NCBI GenBank assembly: GCA_018221105.1
Contig: JAAOYA010000001.1
Span: forward strand, 176,812-240,811
From: Candidatus Woesearchaeota archaeon
GTDB taxonomy: Archaea; Nanobdellota; Nanobdellia; Woesearchaeales; JAAOYA01
Direction: 5' to 3'
Length of the DNA: 64,000 nucleotides
Positions 9,496 to 20,486 of this stretch are shown piece by piece (the stretch's first letter is position 1; each line of letters opens with the position of its first letter). The position numbers were made by a program, and so were the translations under genes. Below the pieces are notes generated by a model. It had not been told where the DNA came from. It saw only the letters and a program-made list of their open reading frames with translations, and did no database searches.

Positions 9496-10284
9496 GTGTC
9501 TGTTAAGTATATGACGCTAGATTTTAGCTCTTGTAATGTTCTTCTTGACAGTATTGAAAATGAATTAAATATTCCCGTCATTTACTTTGTATTCAACGAA
9601 TTAGAAGAAATTCAGAGAGCCCACATAAAGAAAATAACCAAATTTCTTGATAGCTTAAAAAAGTCTGTAGATTCGGTGTTAGTTATACTTGAAGGCGTGG
9701 GCGGCGATAGCACGGCCGGAAAACAATTCGCTTTAGAACTAAGATGTAGATTCAAAAGAGGTTACTTTGTCGCAGTGCCTTATTTTGTTAAAAGTGCAAT
9801 GGTTTTTTCAATATTTCCGTCTTCGGCTCTTTTGATTGATGATGAAGGTTATATAACCCCTATAGAACCATTAATTAAACAAAACTTAAGGTTAGTAAGC
9901 ACGGTTGAGTTAATAAAAAACAGTCCAAAGCACAAGCCAAAAGCAGTTAAAGAGTGGGAAAAACAAGCTAATCACTTGTTCAATATGTTTCGGGCAGAAG
10001 CATCCATAGTTCACAAAGGTACTGAAGGGTTACATGTAAACGAGCTTAAACCTATAACAAAACTATTTTTATTGTCTCCACACACTAAAAAAATACAAAA
10101 GAATGAATTAAGCGACGTCGGGTTTAAATGTTTAGATTATAGCGGTGAAAAATTCTGGGACAATATAAAATCATTTACCAAAGAATTAAAAGCTCGAATG
10201 ATCCAAAATAAAAAAATAACTTTTGTTATGGGTACTAATAAACAACATATACTTGGTACTAATAAGCAACACATCATAGTTTGA
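9496..10284 (+). CDS. Divergent ClpP-fold serine protease (SDH/S49-like)
   Basis: EGVGGD...VAVPYFVKSA...YITPIEP resembles the SxGG...VPxxAKSA...LGPIDP pattern; ATG alternative at 9511. Confidence 0.6.
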   Translation: MSVKYMTLDFSSCNVLLDSIENELNIPVIYFVFNELEEIQRAHIKKITKFLDSLKKSVDSVLVILEGVGGDSTAGKQFALELRCRFKRGYFVAVPYFVKSAMVFSIFPSSALLIDDEGYITPIEPLIKQNLRLVSTVELIKNSPKHKPKAVKEWEKQANHLFNMFRAEASIVHKGTEGLHVNELKPITKLFLLSPHTKKIQKNELSDVGFKCLDYSGEKFWDNIKSFTKELKARMIQNKKITFVMGTNKQHILGTNKQHIIV

Positions 10285-10327
10285 CTTGAAGTTAATTTTT
10301 TACGCAAAAGGAAAAAATAAATGAAAA

Positions 10328-10522
10328 ATGAGTTATGAATATATGATTAAAGGAATTGTGCACGCAAAAATGCTTAATCCTTGGCCAGTTAATAAAGAAG
10401 GAGTGTTTGAAAAACCAACAGAAGAATTAAATGAACTAGCAAAGCAAGGCTGGGAAGTGGTATCAGTAATCCCATCCGGAAATAATGATAGAGCAATCTA
10501 TATATTGAAAAGAAAAGCTTAA
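10328..10522 (+). CDS. DUF4177 family small protein
   Basis: YEY...LNELAKQGWEVVSV...YILKR. Confidence 0.8.
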   Translation: MSYEYMIKGIVHAKMLNPWPVNKEGVFEKPTEELNELAKQGWEVVSVIPSGNNDRAIYILKRKA

Positions 10523-10608
10523 GCGCTTTCTTGTTTGACCTTTTTAACTGCTTTCTACAGTCACTAGTGTCTTTTGAGTATATACGGCTTTATACTCATT
10601 GGAAAAGG

Positions 10609-10743
10609 CGCCGGGGATGGGATTCGAACCCATATATCCTTGCGGACACCAGCTGTTTTGGGCGTAGGTCAAAGCCTCGAAAATCAGTTTGTTGATTTTC
10701 CGCCGCTCAAGGCTGGCGCAATACCGGATTATGCGACCCCGGC
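10609..10743 (-). tRNA. tRNA-Ser(TGA) with 51-nt 37/38 intron (10655-10705)
   Basis: GCCGGGG/CCCCGGC acceptor, G discriminator, CCAGC/GCTGG stem, long variable arm, ATGGG-TTCGAAT-CCCAT. Confidence 0.9.
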
Positions 10744-10936
10744 AAGGGTTATTTTTGACAATTGACAATTATTTAAATAGCTTGCGAAAACTATTAAAAA
10801 AGAAACAGTACAATCGAAACCTTTATATATAATGGCTTGATTTCGTTTATAAACATATATTATACTGCAGACTATAAATTGGGGGAAAGCAGGAAAAAAC
10901 ACAAGAAAATTTGATGATTCTACAAAAGGTGATACT

Positions 10937-11869
10937 ATGTCAAGAACAGGATTTATAAAAAAATGCCCTGAATGTGGCGGGATAAACCTCGTACACCATA
11001 AAGACACAGGAGAAATAATCTGTAAAGATTGTGGCTTTGTACTAGAAGATAAAATGGTCGATTTTAGCCAAGAATGGAGAGAATTTGACAGTGACTCCTC
11101 AGAAAAACGCCGAAGAACAGGAGCGCCAACAACTTACACTCAATACGATCAAGGACTAGGGACAGAAGTAGGTCAAAAAGCAGACCTTTACAAGCTTTCA
11201 GGAAAAGATCGCAACAAATTTTTTAGACTGCGAAAATGGCAGTACAGAATATCAACAGCCATTGAGCGAAACTTAAAACTAGCACTAGCAGAATTAAAGC
11301 GTGTTAGTTCATACCTCAAACTACCAAACAGTGTAGAAGAAGAAGCAGCGCGAATATACACCTTAGCAGTACAAAGAGGACTGGTAAGAGGTCGAAGCAT
11401 GGAATCAGTAGTAGCAGGAAGTTTATACGCTGCATGCCGACGCCACGAAGTGCCAAGAACTCTTGATGAATTAAGCGAAGCTAGCGGCATTGAAAAAAAA
11501 GAAATTGGCAGAACCTACCGTTTCGTAACAAGAGAATTAGGCATAAACATCTTGCCAAGCAATCCGGCAGACTACATAGCACGCTTCGCGTCAAGTTTGA
11601 AATTAAGTGCTGAAACGCAATCAAAAGCAGTTGAGATACTAGAACACGCGCAAAGAGTTGAACTGACAAGCGGTCGAGGACCAACAGGTATTGCAGCAGC
11701 AGCATTGTACGTTGCGGCACTAATCTTTGGCGAGAAAAGAACACAACGAGAAGTTGCAGACGTTGCAGGAGTAACAGAAGTAACAATTCGTAATCGTTAC
11801 AAAGAACTGCTCGAAAGACTTGACTTAGAAAAAGACATCAAGAAAATCAAAAAGAAAAAGAAATTATAA
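10937..11869 (+). CDS. tfb: Transcription initiation factor IIB
   Basis: CPECG...CKDCG zinc ribbon, EWREF B-reader, two cyclin repeats, GVTEVTIRNRY. Confidence 0.98.
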   Translation: MSRTGFIKKCPECGGINLVHHKDTGEIICKDCGFVLEDKMVDFSQEWREFDSDSSEKRRRTGAPTTYTQYDQGLGTEVGQKADLYKLSGKDRNKFFRLRKWQYRISTAIERNLKLALAELKRVSSYLKLPNSVEEEAARIYTLAVQRGLVRGRSMESVVAGSLYAACRRHEVPRTLDELSEASGIEKKEIGRTYRFVTRELGINILPSNPADYIARFASSLKLSAETQSKAVEILEHAQRVELTSGRGPTGIAAAALYVAALIFGEKRTQREVADVAGVTEVTIRNRYKELLERLDLEKDIKKIKKKKKL

Positions 11870-11873
11870 TTTT

Positions 11874-12092
11874 TTAGTTTTTATCAAATTTTTTCTGCGC
11901 TAACCGAGTATTCACAAAAGCGCCAAGCAAAATAAACACTGTACCCCAAACGATCGACAAATAAGATGCTTTATTGACATAAGCTCCCATTTGCTTTGCA
12001 AAAATCAAGAGTACTATTGCAACTCCTAAACCTGCAACAGTTGCTTTTATGATTTTAGAATAGACAATATTCACTTCTTTTTTTGAAAGCAT
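11874..12092 (-). CDS. Small two-TM membrane protein
   Basis: 72-aa hydrophobic ORF. Confidence 0.6.
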   Translation of the reverse strand: MLSKKEVNIVYSKIIKATVAGLGVAIVLLIFAKQMGAYVNKASYLSIVWGTVFILLGAFVNTRLAQKKFDKN

Positions 12093-12170
12093 AACAACAA
12101 AAGTGCAAAGCTTCTTTAAAAGTTTTATGATTTTAACAAAACTTATAAAAGAGCAAAGAGCAAAAATAGT

Positions 12171-13016
12171 ATGCGAAAAATTTTCTTTACAGACCTTGAC
12201 GGGACATTATTAGATAATGACACTTACTCATACGATAAAGCAAGCAAAGCACTAGCACAATTACAAAAACATCATTATCCACTAATCATTTGCACTAGCA
12301 AAACACGCGCTGAAATAGAGACTGTTAGAGCAGAATTACGAAATGTTCACCCGTTTATTTGCGAAAATGGCGGCGCAATATTCATTCCAAAAAACTATTT
12401 TTCCATACGTTATAATTATGACGCCATAATTGATGATTACCATGTTATTGTTTTAGGAACACCTTACATTCACTTAGTGAACGCGCTAAAATTAATCAAT
12501 GCAGATTATCCCATAACATGTTTTCATGATATGAGCGCTCAAGAATTATCAAATGACACAAGCCTGAGCATTATGCAATCAATACAAGCAAAAAAACGAG
12601 AGTATGACGAAGCCTTCACAATAACAAACCCTGAAGATGAAAAAAAGGTTTTAGCAAAAATAAAAAAATATGGTTTTACACACACCAAAGGCGGAAGGTA
12701 TTATCACATAATGGGCAAGGGAACGGATAAAGGAAAAGCAGTGCAAATCCTAATAAACATTTACAAAAAAGAATATGGCAAGAAAACATGCAGTGTCGGC
12801 ATCGGAGATTCAAAAAATGATTTTTCAATGCTTGACAATGTTGACATTGGATACTTAGTAATGAAAAAGAATAAAAAGTATGAGAGCAACAATTATCATA
12901 AAGCAGGCGCAATTGGCCCTGCAGGTTTTAACAAAACAGTATTAAAAGAGGTGAAGAGTCCTTGCTTGACAAAAAAAAGGCAGAAAAAATTTATAAAAAA
13001 AGCATTGAAGTCCTAA
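12171..13016 (+). CDS. Mannosyl/glucosyl-3-phosphoglycerate phosphatase (HAD-IIB)
   Basis: FTDLDGTLL, TSKTRAE, ENGGAI, REYDE, GGRYYH, DKGKA and GDSKND motifs. Confidence 0.88.
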   Translation: MRKIFFTDLDGTLLDNDTYSYDKASKALAQLQKHHYPLIICTSKTRAEIETVRAELRNVHPFICENGGAIFIPKNYFSIRYNYDAIIDDYHVIVLGTPYIHLVNALKLINADYPITCFHDMSAQELSNDTSLSIMQSIQAKKREYDEAFTITNPEDEKKVLAKIKKYGFTHTKGGRYYHIMGKGTDKGKAVQILINIYKKEYGKKTCSVGIGDSKNDFSMLDNVDIGYLVMKKNKKYESNNYHKAGAIGPAGFNKTVLKEVKSPCLTKKRQKKFIKKALKS

Positions 13017-14134
13017 AAACAGTGCAATTAAAAAATGGTGGTTGCCTGGCAACGCCAGAGGGTGAACGATACCCTTACGTGTACCCACGAGATCACGCGA
13101 TAATACTATTAGGGTTTCTATCAGCAAATCACGCCAAAGAAGCTAAAAAAGGCCTAGAATTTGTTTTTAGCACACAACTAGAAAGCGGCGCTTTCCCACA
13201 AAGAATAGATCAAAAAGGCAATGATGCAAGCTACAAACCAATACAAATTGATGGCACAGGACTAATATTATACGCTCTTGCAGAATACGTAGAAAAAACA
13301 CAAGACTTTCAATACGCCCAAAAAGTTTGGGAACAAGTAAAAAAAGCAGTACAATACATTCTAAATAACATTTACCAAGACCAATACTTAATATTCACTC
13401 CAAACAGCATTCACGAGTTTCCACCAACAGAAAAAGGACTTGAAATCTGGGCCAATTCTGTATGCTGTCAAGCAATCTACAAAATGTACGATTTATGCTA
13501 CAAACTAGGACACATTCACACAGAATGGAAAGAACACGCAGTAAAAATACAAGAAGGAATACTAAAATACATGTACAACAGCCGCGTAAAAGGATTCATA
13601 AAAAACATCAGGGTAAAAGAATCAAGCAGTGTACTAGTAAACGTTGACGCAAGCCAATACGCAGTAGCAGACTACGACCTATTAGACGACAAAGATGAAA
13701 AAATAAAACTAACAGTCAAAAGAATAGAACGAGAACTATGGAACAAAGAACTAGGAGGCATATGCCGTTATCCAAAACACGAAGGACGCCACAACGGAGG
13801 CTGGGGGCCATGGCCACACTTCACACTAATGATAGCACGCCACTACATACGATTAAAAGACAAGAAAAAAAGCGATGAATACCTAAAATGGGTATTAAAA
13901 ATCTCCTACAAAAACCTACTACCAGAACACATAGCAACAGTCAAAGAATTCGAAGAATACATCACAGACTTCACAGAAGCAAGCATTCTTAGAAAAGACC
14001 GTTTGATAATGATAGAAAACGCTCGAAAACACCCACTATTCAAAAAAGGCGTTGCATACATCACCATGCCACTAGCATGGCCGCACGCAGAATACATCCG
14101 CACGTGGAACCTATACAAAAAAACATTCAATTAA
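12962..14134 (+). CDS. GH15-like (alpha/alpha)6 glycoside hydrolase
   Basis: YPYVYPRD, QIDGTG, VDAS, GGICRY, LPEH and PLAWPHAEY motifs; TTG start after a GAGGTGA SD. Confidence 0.82.
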   Translation: MLDKKKAEKIYKKSIEVLKTVQLKNGGCLATPEGERYPYVYPRDHAIILLGFLSANHAKEAKKGLEFVFSTQLESGAFPQRIDQKGNDASYKPIQIDGTGLILYALAEYVEKTQDFQYAQKVWEQVKKAVQYILNNIYQDQYLIFTPNSIHEFPPTEKGLEIWANSVCCQAIYKMYDLCYKLGHIHTEWKEHAVKIQEGILKYMYNSRVKGFIKNIRVKESSSVLVNVDASQYAVADYDLLDDKDEKIKLTVKRIERELWNKELGGICRYPKHEGRHNGGWGPWPHFTLMIARHYIRLKDKKKSDEYLKWVLKISYKNLLPEHIATVKEFEEYITDFTEASILRKDRLIMIENARKHPLFKKGVAYITMPLAWPHAEYIRTWNLYKKTFN

Positions 14135-14258
14135 AACATTCTAAAAGCTCTTAGGGCCTTTTTTCTTTAAAACAGTCACGCGAGAATGACCAGGACAACC
14201 ACCAGTCAATCATCATTAAACTTCGTATAATAGATGATTAAATTCAATTGCGAAAAAT

Positions 14259-14570
14259 CTAAGTTAAAGAATCATCTATGCTTTTTTGTTCAATTTTTTT
14301 TTGTTCAGCTTCTTTAACAACTCTTGGTATATCTGTAATCAATGTCACTCCAACAACTGCGCCTAAAAATCCTCCAAGCATACCATACATTACACTATTT
14401 GGATTATAGCTATTGAGTCCTGCATACATAGACATCCCTCCAAGAAAGGGTGACATTGCTCCTCCAAACATCCTTAAACCAACGCTTGTATCAATAAACT
14501 CGCTGACATAATCAATTGAGGAGGATAATGCTTGAGTTGTAGCTTCACAAAGAGAAGTATATGTTGCCAT
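14259..14570 (-). CDS. Hypothetical protein with Gly-rich hydrophobic helices
   Basis: 103-aa ORF, TATA-like element upstream. Confidence 0.5.
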   Translation of the reverse strand: MATYTSLCEATTQALSSSIDYVSEFIDTSVGLRMFGGAMSPFLGGMSMYAGLNSYNPNSVMYGMLGGFLGAVVGVTLITDIPRVVKEAEQKKIEQKSIDDSLT

Positions 14571-14720
14571 TTTAGAATGATTATTGGAGGACTTATTTAT
14601 ATTTTTTTCGCAACTAAAATTTTTATTCTTTACCTAGAAAGCGCCCAACCGTCACCCTCAAAGATAAAACTTTCCTTTTTACATTCTGTAAAAAGGAATT
14701 TAATCAGGAATTAGTTTGTT

Positions 14721-15170
14721 CTATTTAAGTATGTAGAACTTTTCTTGTTTATAATTTCGTAGAACTTTTTCGCTTGGAAAATATAGTGGTGTTGGAAGAT
14801 TGTTTAAATCGAACCATTGCCACTCTGTTATCTCGTCAGGCTCTAAAGCTTGTGGTTCTCCTTCAAAATCATCAGAAAATAATCCTATTGTGATAAAGTG
14901 TGCAGATTCTATGATATCTTGGTTAACGCAAATTACTTCGACTTTGTTGAGTTTTATTCCTGTCTCCTCAAGAGTTTCTCTTATTGCACCTTCTTCGAAT
15001 GTTTCGCCAAAATCTAGTTTCCCACCAGGCATTGTCCAAGCGCCAGCACCTTTTAGCAAACTTGATGCTTTTTCAGGATCTTCATGGCGTTTTCCAAGTA
15101 ATACTTTATTATCTTTTAGCAACATTACCCCAAATCCAACGCCGACTTTTTCTTTCATTTTTTCTTGCAT
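14721..15170 (-). CDS. NUDIX hydrolase (MutT/NUDT15-like)
   Basis: GGKLDFGETFEEGAIRETLEETG Nudix box; EPDE..EWQWF. Confidence 0.92.
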   Translation of the reverse strand: MQEKMKEKVGVGFGVMLLKDNKVLLGKRHEDPEKASSLLKGAGAWTMPGGKLDFGETFEEGAIRETLEETGIKLNKVEVICVNQDIIESAHFITIGLFSDDFEGEPQALEPDEITEWQWFDLNNLPTPLYFPSEKVLRNYKQEKFYILK

Positions 15171-15871
15171 ATAAAGTTGATTCTTTCTGTTTCTTTGTTG
15201 ACGTTTTTTAGTGTGTAGCTGTCTTGTGTTTGTAGAATGTTAAATCCTGATTGTTTTACTAGGCTGATTAGTTTTTTGACGTTGTGATAGTATTCTATGT
15301 GGTCTTCTTCAAACATCGAATAGTTCTTTCCAGTTTTTATAAAACTTGTAAATGTCCAATGCCAATTGTTGTTTTTTACTGTGTTGTGCCATATGTAATG
15401 GTCTGGTCCTACGCTGCCGGCTTGCACTGGTGTCTCTATGATTTCGTTTATTGCTTTTAGTGTTATCACATCAAAAATAAATATTCCATTTTCAGAGAGT
15501 GTTTTGCGTACTGCTTTGAAAGTTTTTAATAAATCGTTTTCTGTTTTTAAGTTATTAATTGAATCATAAAGACATACTATAGTGTCTGGTTTTTCTGTAA
15601 TGTTTAGTTTTCGCATGTCTTGCTCATAGAATTTGACGTTGTCAACTTTTGTTTTTGCTATTTGAAGCATTGTCTTTGACTTGTCTACTCCAATACAAGA
15701 AAACTTTTTTGTGAAGTGTTCTAAGTGATTGCCTGTGCCACAAGCAAGGTCTAATAATAGTTTTGGTGTGTGATTGTGTTTTTTTAATAGTGTTATTATG
15801 TCTTTGGTCCATTTTGCGTATGGCATCTCGCCAATTACTGCGTCATATAATAGTGCTACTTCTTTGTACAT
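15155..15871 (-). CDS. Class I SAM-dependent methyltransferase
   Basis: LDLACGTG, GVDKS..ML, QDMR and DSINNL motifs. Confidence 0.92.
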   Translation of the reverse strand: MYKEVALLYDAVIGEMPYAKWTKDIITLLKKHNHTPKLLLDLACGTGNHLEHFTKKFSCIGVDKSKTMLQIAKTKVDNVKFYEQDMRKLNITEKPDTIVCLYDSINNLKTENDLLKTFKAVRKTLSENGIFIFDVITLKAINEIIETPVQAGSVGPDHYIWHNTVKNNNWHWTFTSFIKTGKNYSMFEEDHIEYYHNVKKLISLVKQSGFNILQTQDSYTLKNVNKETERINFICKKK

Positions 15872-15955
15872 TTTGTTTATCGAATTATTTTCTAGTTTTT
15901 AAAACTAGCGAAATAGAAACCTTTTTAAAGAACGTACGCGTTTATTGTTTTTAAT

Positions 15956-16180
15956 ATGGCAGATGAAAATCTTACATCAACAGATGCTGCAAAGCCTGCA
16001 GCACAAGCTGAGCCAGTAACACAGCCAACAACACCCGCTGCAGAGCCAACAACAGCGCCTGCAACGCCTAGCACTCCTTCAATTGGAGGCGGCGACAGTA
16101 AAAAACTTTTATGGATTGGTTTGTCAGTCGTAGGAGTTTTACTCATCGGGTTTGCAGCTTACTGGTTCTTTTTACGCTAG
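15956..16180 (+). CDS. Small P/T/A-rich protein with C-terminal TM anchor
   Basis: Low-complexity PTA linker followed by a TM helix. Confidence 0.65.
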   Translation: MADENLTSTDAAKPAAQAEPVTQPTTPAAEPTTAPATPSTPSIGGGDSKKLLWIGLSVVGVLLIGFAAYWFFLR

Positions 16181-16194
16181 AGAAGAAATATTTT

Positions 16195-16455
16195 TTATTT
16201 TTTCCATCTTTTTAATTTTGGCAAAGTAGTCATTGCCATCTTGCGAGCTTGATTTTCGCGCATACCTAATTCTGCAACTCCTAATTTTACAAGTTTTTCT
16301 ACTTGTTTTTTCAGTGTTAAAGTTTTATCTAGAAATTTTCCGTTTTTGTAGCAACACTTACAATACTCTGTGTTTGTTGTGCCGTCTTGGTTAGTTCCAA
16401 AGTCTTCGCCTTTTTGCATTGGCATGCCACAACTTTGACAAATTAACCCGTCCAT
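16195..16455 (-). CDS. Putative zinc-ribbon protein
   Basis: CQSCGMPM...GTNQDG...EYCKCCY...LPKLKRW. Confidence 0.88.
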   Translation of the reverse strand: MDGLICQSCGMPMQKGEDFGTNQDGTTNTEYCKCCYKNGKFLDKTLTLKKQVEKLVKLGVAELGMRENQARKMAMTTLPKLKRWKK

Positions 16456-16492
16456 AAAATATTGTGCCCTTTAGAATATAAAAAAGTAGTGT

Positions 16493-18394
<1,902 letters not shown>

Positions 18395-18567
18395 TTATTT
18401 GTAAATTCAACTAGTTTTTGAATGTTTTTTTGTTAATTTTTAAGACAGAAAAACCCTTCATTTCTCGTCTATAAAATGGTTAATTTATTAGTTTATAAAC
18501 CTTTGCAAAAAAAAGCTGTTTTTTAGGCGAGAATTCGGGATAATTTTATAAATAACTTACTTTCTAA

Positions 18568-19122
18568 ATGCTTATGGAACCAACACCTCAGATAAGTCCT
18601 TCGATAGGCTTTTACATGTCTTGTTTGAAGCCTTCATTAATAACTCCCGACCTTAAAGTCAGCAATATAGCTGAAATTGATGTTGACGCGCTTTTAGAGC
18701 TAGGTATCGAAGCAGTAATATTTGATGTTGATAACACTTTATGTCACTATCATGGAACTCAAATTGATCAAAGGGTTGCTAAAAAAGTGGATGAATTAAG
18801 AAGCGAATTCAAAACTTGTATTTTATCAAACGCTAATTCTTCAAGAACTGATGAAGTTGAACAATACTTCAACATTCCAGTTATACGCTCAGATTTTAAG
18901 AAACCCTCTCCTGAAAGTTTTAGACAAGCTCTTAGCACACTAGGTGCTAAACCTTACGAGACCGTGATGATTGGTGATAGACTGCTCACTGATATTGCTG
19001 GTGCTAACAGAGTAGGAATTTACACCATCAAGGTTGATCCTTTACACATGCGATCAGAACCATTACATCACACTGTAGTAAGAGGTGTTGAAAGGTTTCT
19101 GCTAGATTTTTACGAACATTAA
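18568..19122 (+). CDS. YqeG family HAD-IIIA phosphatase
   Basis: FDVDNTL, ILSN, KKP and MIGDRLLTDIAGAN motifs. Confidence 0.9.
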   Translation: MLMEPTPQISPSIGFYMSCLKPSLITPDLKVSNIAEIDVDALLELGIEAVIFDVDNTLCHYHGTQIDQRVAKKVDELRSEFKTCILSNANSSRTDEVEQYFNIPVIRSDFKKPSPESFRQALSTLGAKPYETVMIGDRLLTDIAGANRVGIYTIKVDPLHMRSEPLHHTVVRGVERFLLDFYEH

Positions 19123-19124
19123 AA

Positions 19125-19424
19125 CTATTTCTTGATTTGGCTTTCGAGTTTTTGCAATGCTTTATCGAGTGAGAAAAAAAGATTATAATCTACAGCTTCA
19201 GAATTAAAAACTTTGTTTTTGACATTCAAGTCTATTTTGACTTCGTGTTTCGCGCTTTTTTCTTTTTGGTGAACTAGTTTTAATGTTATACTTAATTGTT
19301 CAAAACTTTTCTTGTCAGAAATTTTTCTTGCGTGATTGCCTACTAGTTTGCGAACTATCATCATTGTTGGAGGGTCTAATTCTTTAAAGCCTTTAAGTAC
19401 TATATTGCCCCCTAATTCTATCAT
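19125..19424 (-). CDS. HPF/RaiA (S30EA)-like ribosome-associated protein
   Basis: 99 aa; ...HEVKIDL...FNSEAVDYNLFFSLDKALQKLESQI matches the HPF C-terminal pattern. Confidence 0.6.
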   Translation of the reverse strand: MIELGGNIVLKGFKELDPPTMMIVRKLVGNHARKISDKKSFEQLSITLKLVHQKEKSAKHEVKIDLNVKNKVFNSEAVDYNLFFSLDKALQKLESQIKK

Positions 19425-19488
19425 ATTAGTATTATGAAGTCCTATCTTTAAAAACTTTTTTATACTAAACCCTTAACATACTATTCTA

Positions 19489-20196
19489 ATGGTAGAAAAA
19501 GCAATCGATGCCATTGTAAGAGTAGAAAAAGAGGATTCGAAGAAAAAAGTCATTCTTACAATACTAATACTGGTGGCTATAATAAATTTCGTGCTCTTAG
19601 TCTACACAATACACTTTAGGGCTGTTGTGTTTAACAAAGAATTTTATGATAGGCATTTTGATGAATTACGCTACACTTATGAGAATAGAACTATTGCGTA
19701 TAGTACTATTTATTACTTGCAAAATAGTGAAACTGGCTTGCCAGATATTCCAGAATATACTCTGGAAGAACAACAACATCTTTTTGATGTGAAAAAACGT
19801 ATGAGCATATTTTTGTTATTGCCATATATACTGTTGCCTTTAGAGTTAATCATCATAATAGCATTATTTTTTATTAAACGGGAGACTTTTGTGAAACATT
19901 TAGACATGATTGCTATGCATGGCAGCGGAATTACCCTTTTGACTGCAGGATTAATTCTAGTATTGGCCAATAATTTTAGTTTATTGTTTAATGGTTTTCA
20001 CAAATTATTGTTTTTTCCTCCTGGTTCTTGGCAGTTTTCTGCTAACTCACAATTATTAGGGGCTTTTCCAATGCAGTTTTTTTATGAGTTTGCAAAAGAT
20101 TACTTGTTTTTAATAAGTATTTTTTCAATAGTTGTTTTAGGATTATTGATTGGTAGTAGTTTGCTGCGAAAAGAAATGTTCAAAAAAACTTTCTAG
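19489..20196 (+). CDS. DUF1461-like integral membrane protein
   Basis: EQQHLFDVK, F..FH.L.F...SWQF and L...FP..FF motifs. Confidence 0.8.
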   Translation: MVEKAIDAIVRVEKEDSKKKVILTILILVAIINFVLLVYTIHFRAVVFNKEFYDRHFDELRYTYENRTIAYSTIYYLQNSETGLPDIPEYTLEEQQHLFDVKKRMSIFLLLPYILLPLELIIIIALFFIKRETFVKHLDMIAMHGSGITLLTAGLILVLANNFSLLFNGFHKLLFFPPGSWQFSANSQLLGAFPMQFFYEFAKDYLFLISIFSIVVLGLLIGSSLLRKEMFKKTF

Positions 20197-20486
20197 TCGT
20201 CGTCAACTGTGAAGAGTGTTGAGTCTTTTACTTTGAATAATTCGCTGCGCGCTCCTGCATCAAGCCACCCATGAGAATAATTTATCGCAGCAAATGCTGT
20301 AACCCACTCGCCTTTCTCATAATAATGTTTTGCATCACTATAATAGCGTTTTGCCATGTCAAAAAAGTCTAAAGCCATTATTTTTCTATCATTATCAAAT
20401 CCACCTTTCTCTACTGCGTCAATGGCTTTTTGTGTTATTGCAAAGTATTTTTCTAGGTGTTGTTTACTTATCTTATTTTTTGTCAT
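20193..20486 (-). CDS. DUF357 family protein
   Basis: MAKRYYSDAKHY...VTAFAAINYSHGWLDAG; real start taken as ATG 20486, overlapping the upstream stop. Confidence 0.88.
   Translation of the reverse strand: MTKNKISKQHLEKYFAITQKAIDAVEKGGFDNDRKIMALDFFDMAKRYYSDAKHYYEKGEWVTAFAAINYSHGWLDAGARSELFKVKDSTLFTVDDD

Noticed and set aside
10525..10536. GCTTTCTTGTTT shared with 2918-2929
   Set aside because: Short and T-rich; may be chance or terminator-like, too weak to call an att site
10655..10705. Longer tRNA introns (Ser, Ile, Leu) as C/D-box guide RNAs or nested introns
   Set aside because: No RUGAUGA plus CUGA box pair and no second clean BHB found by eye
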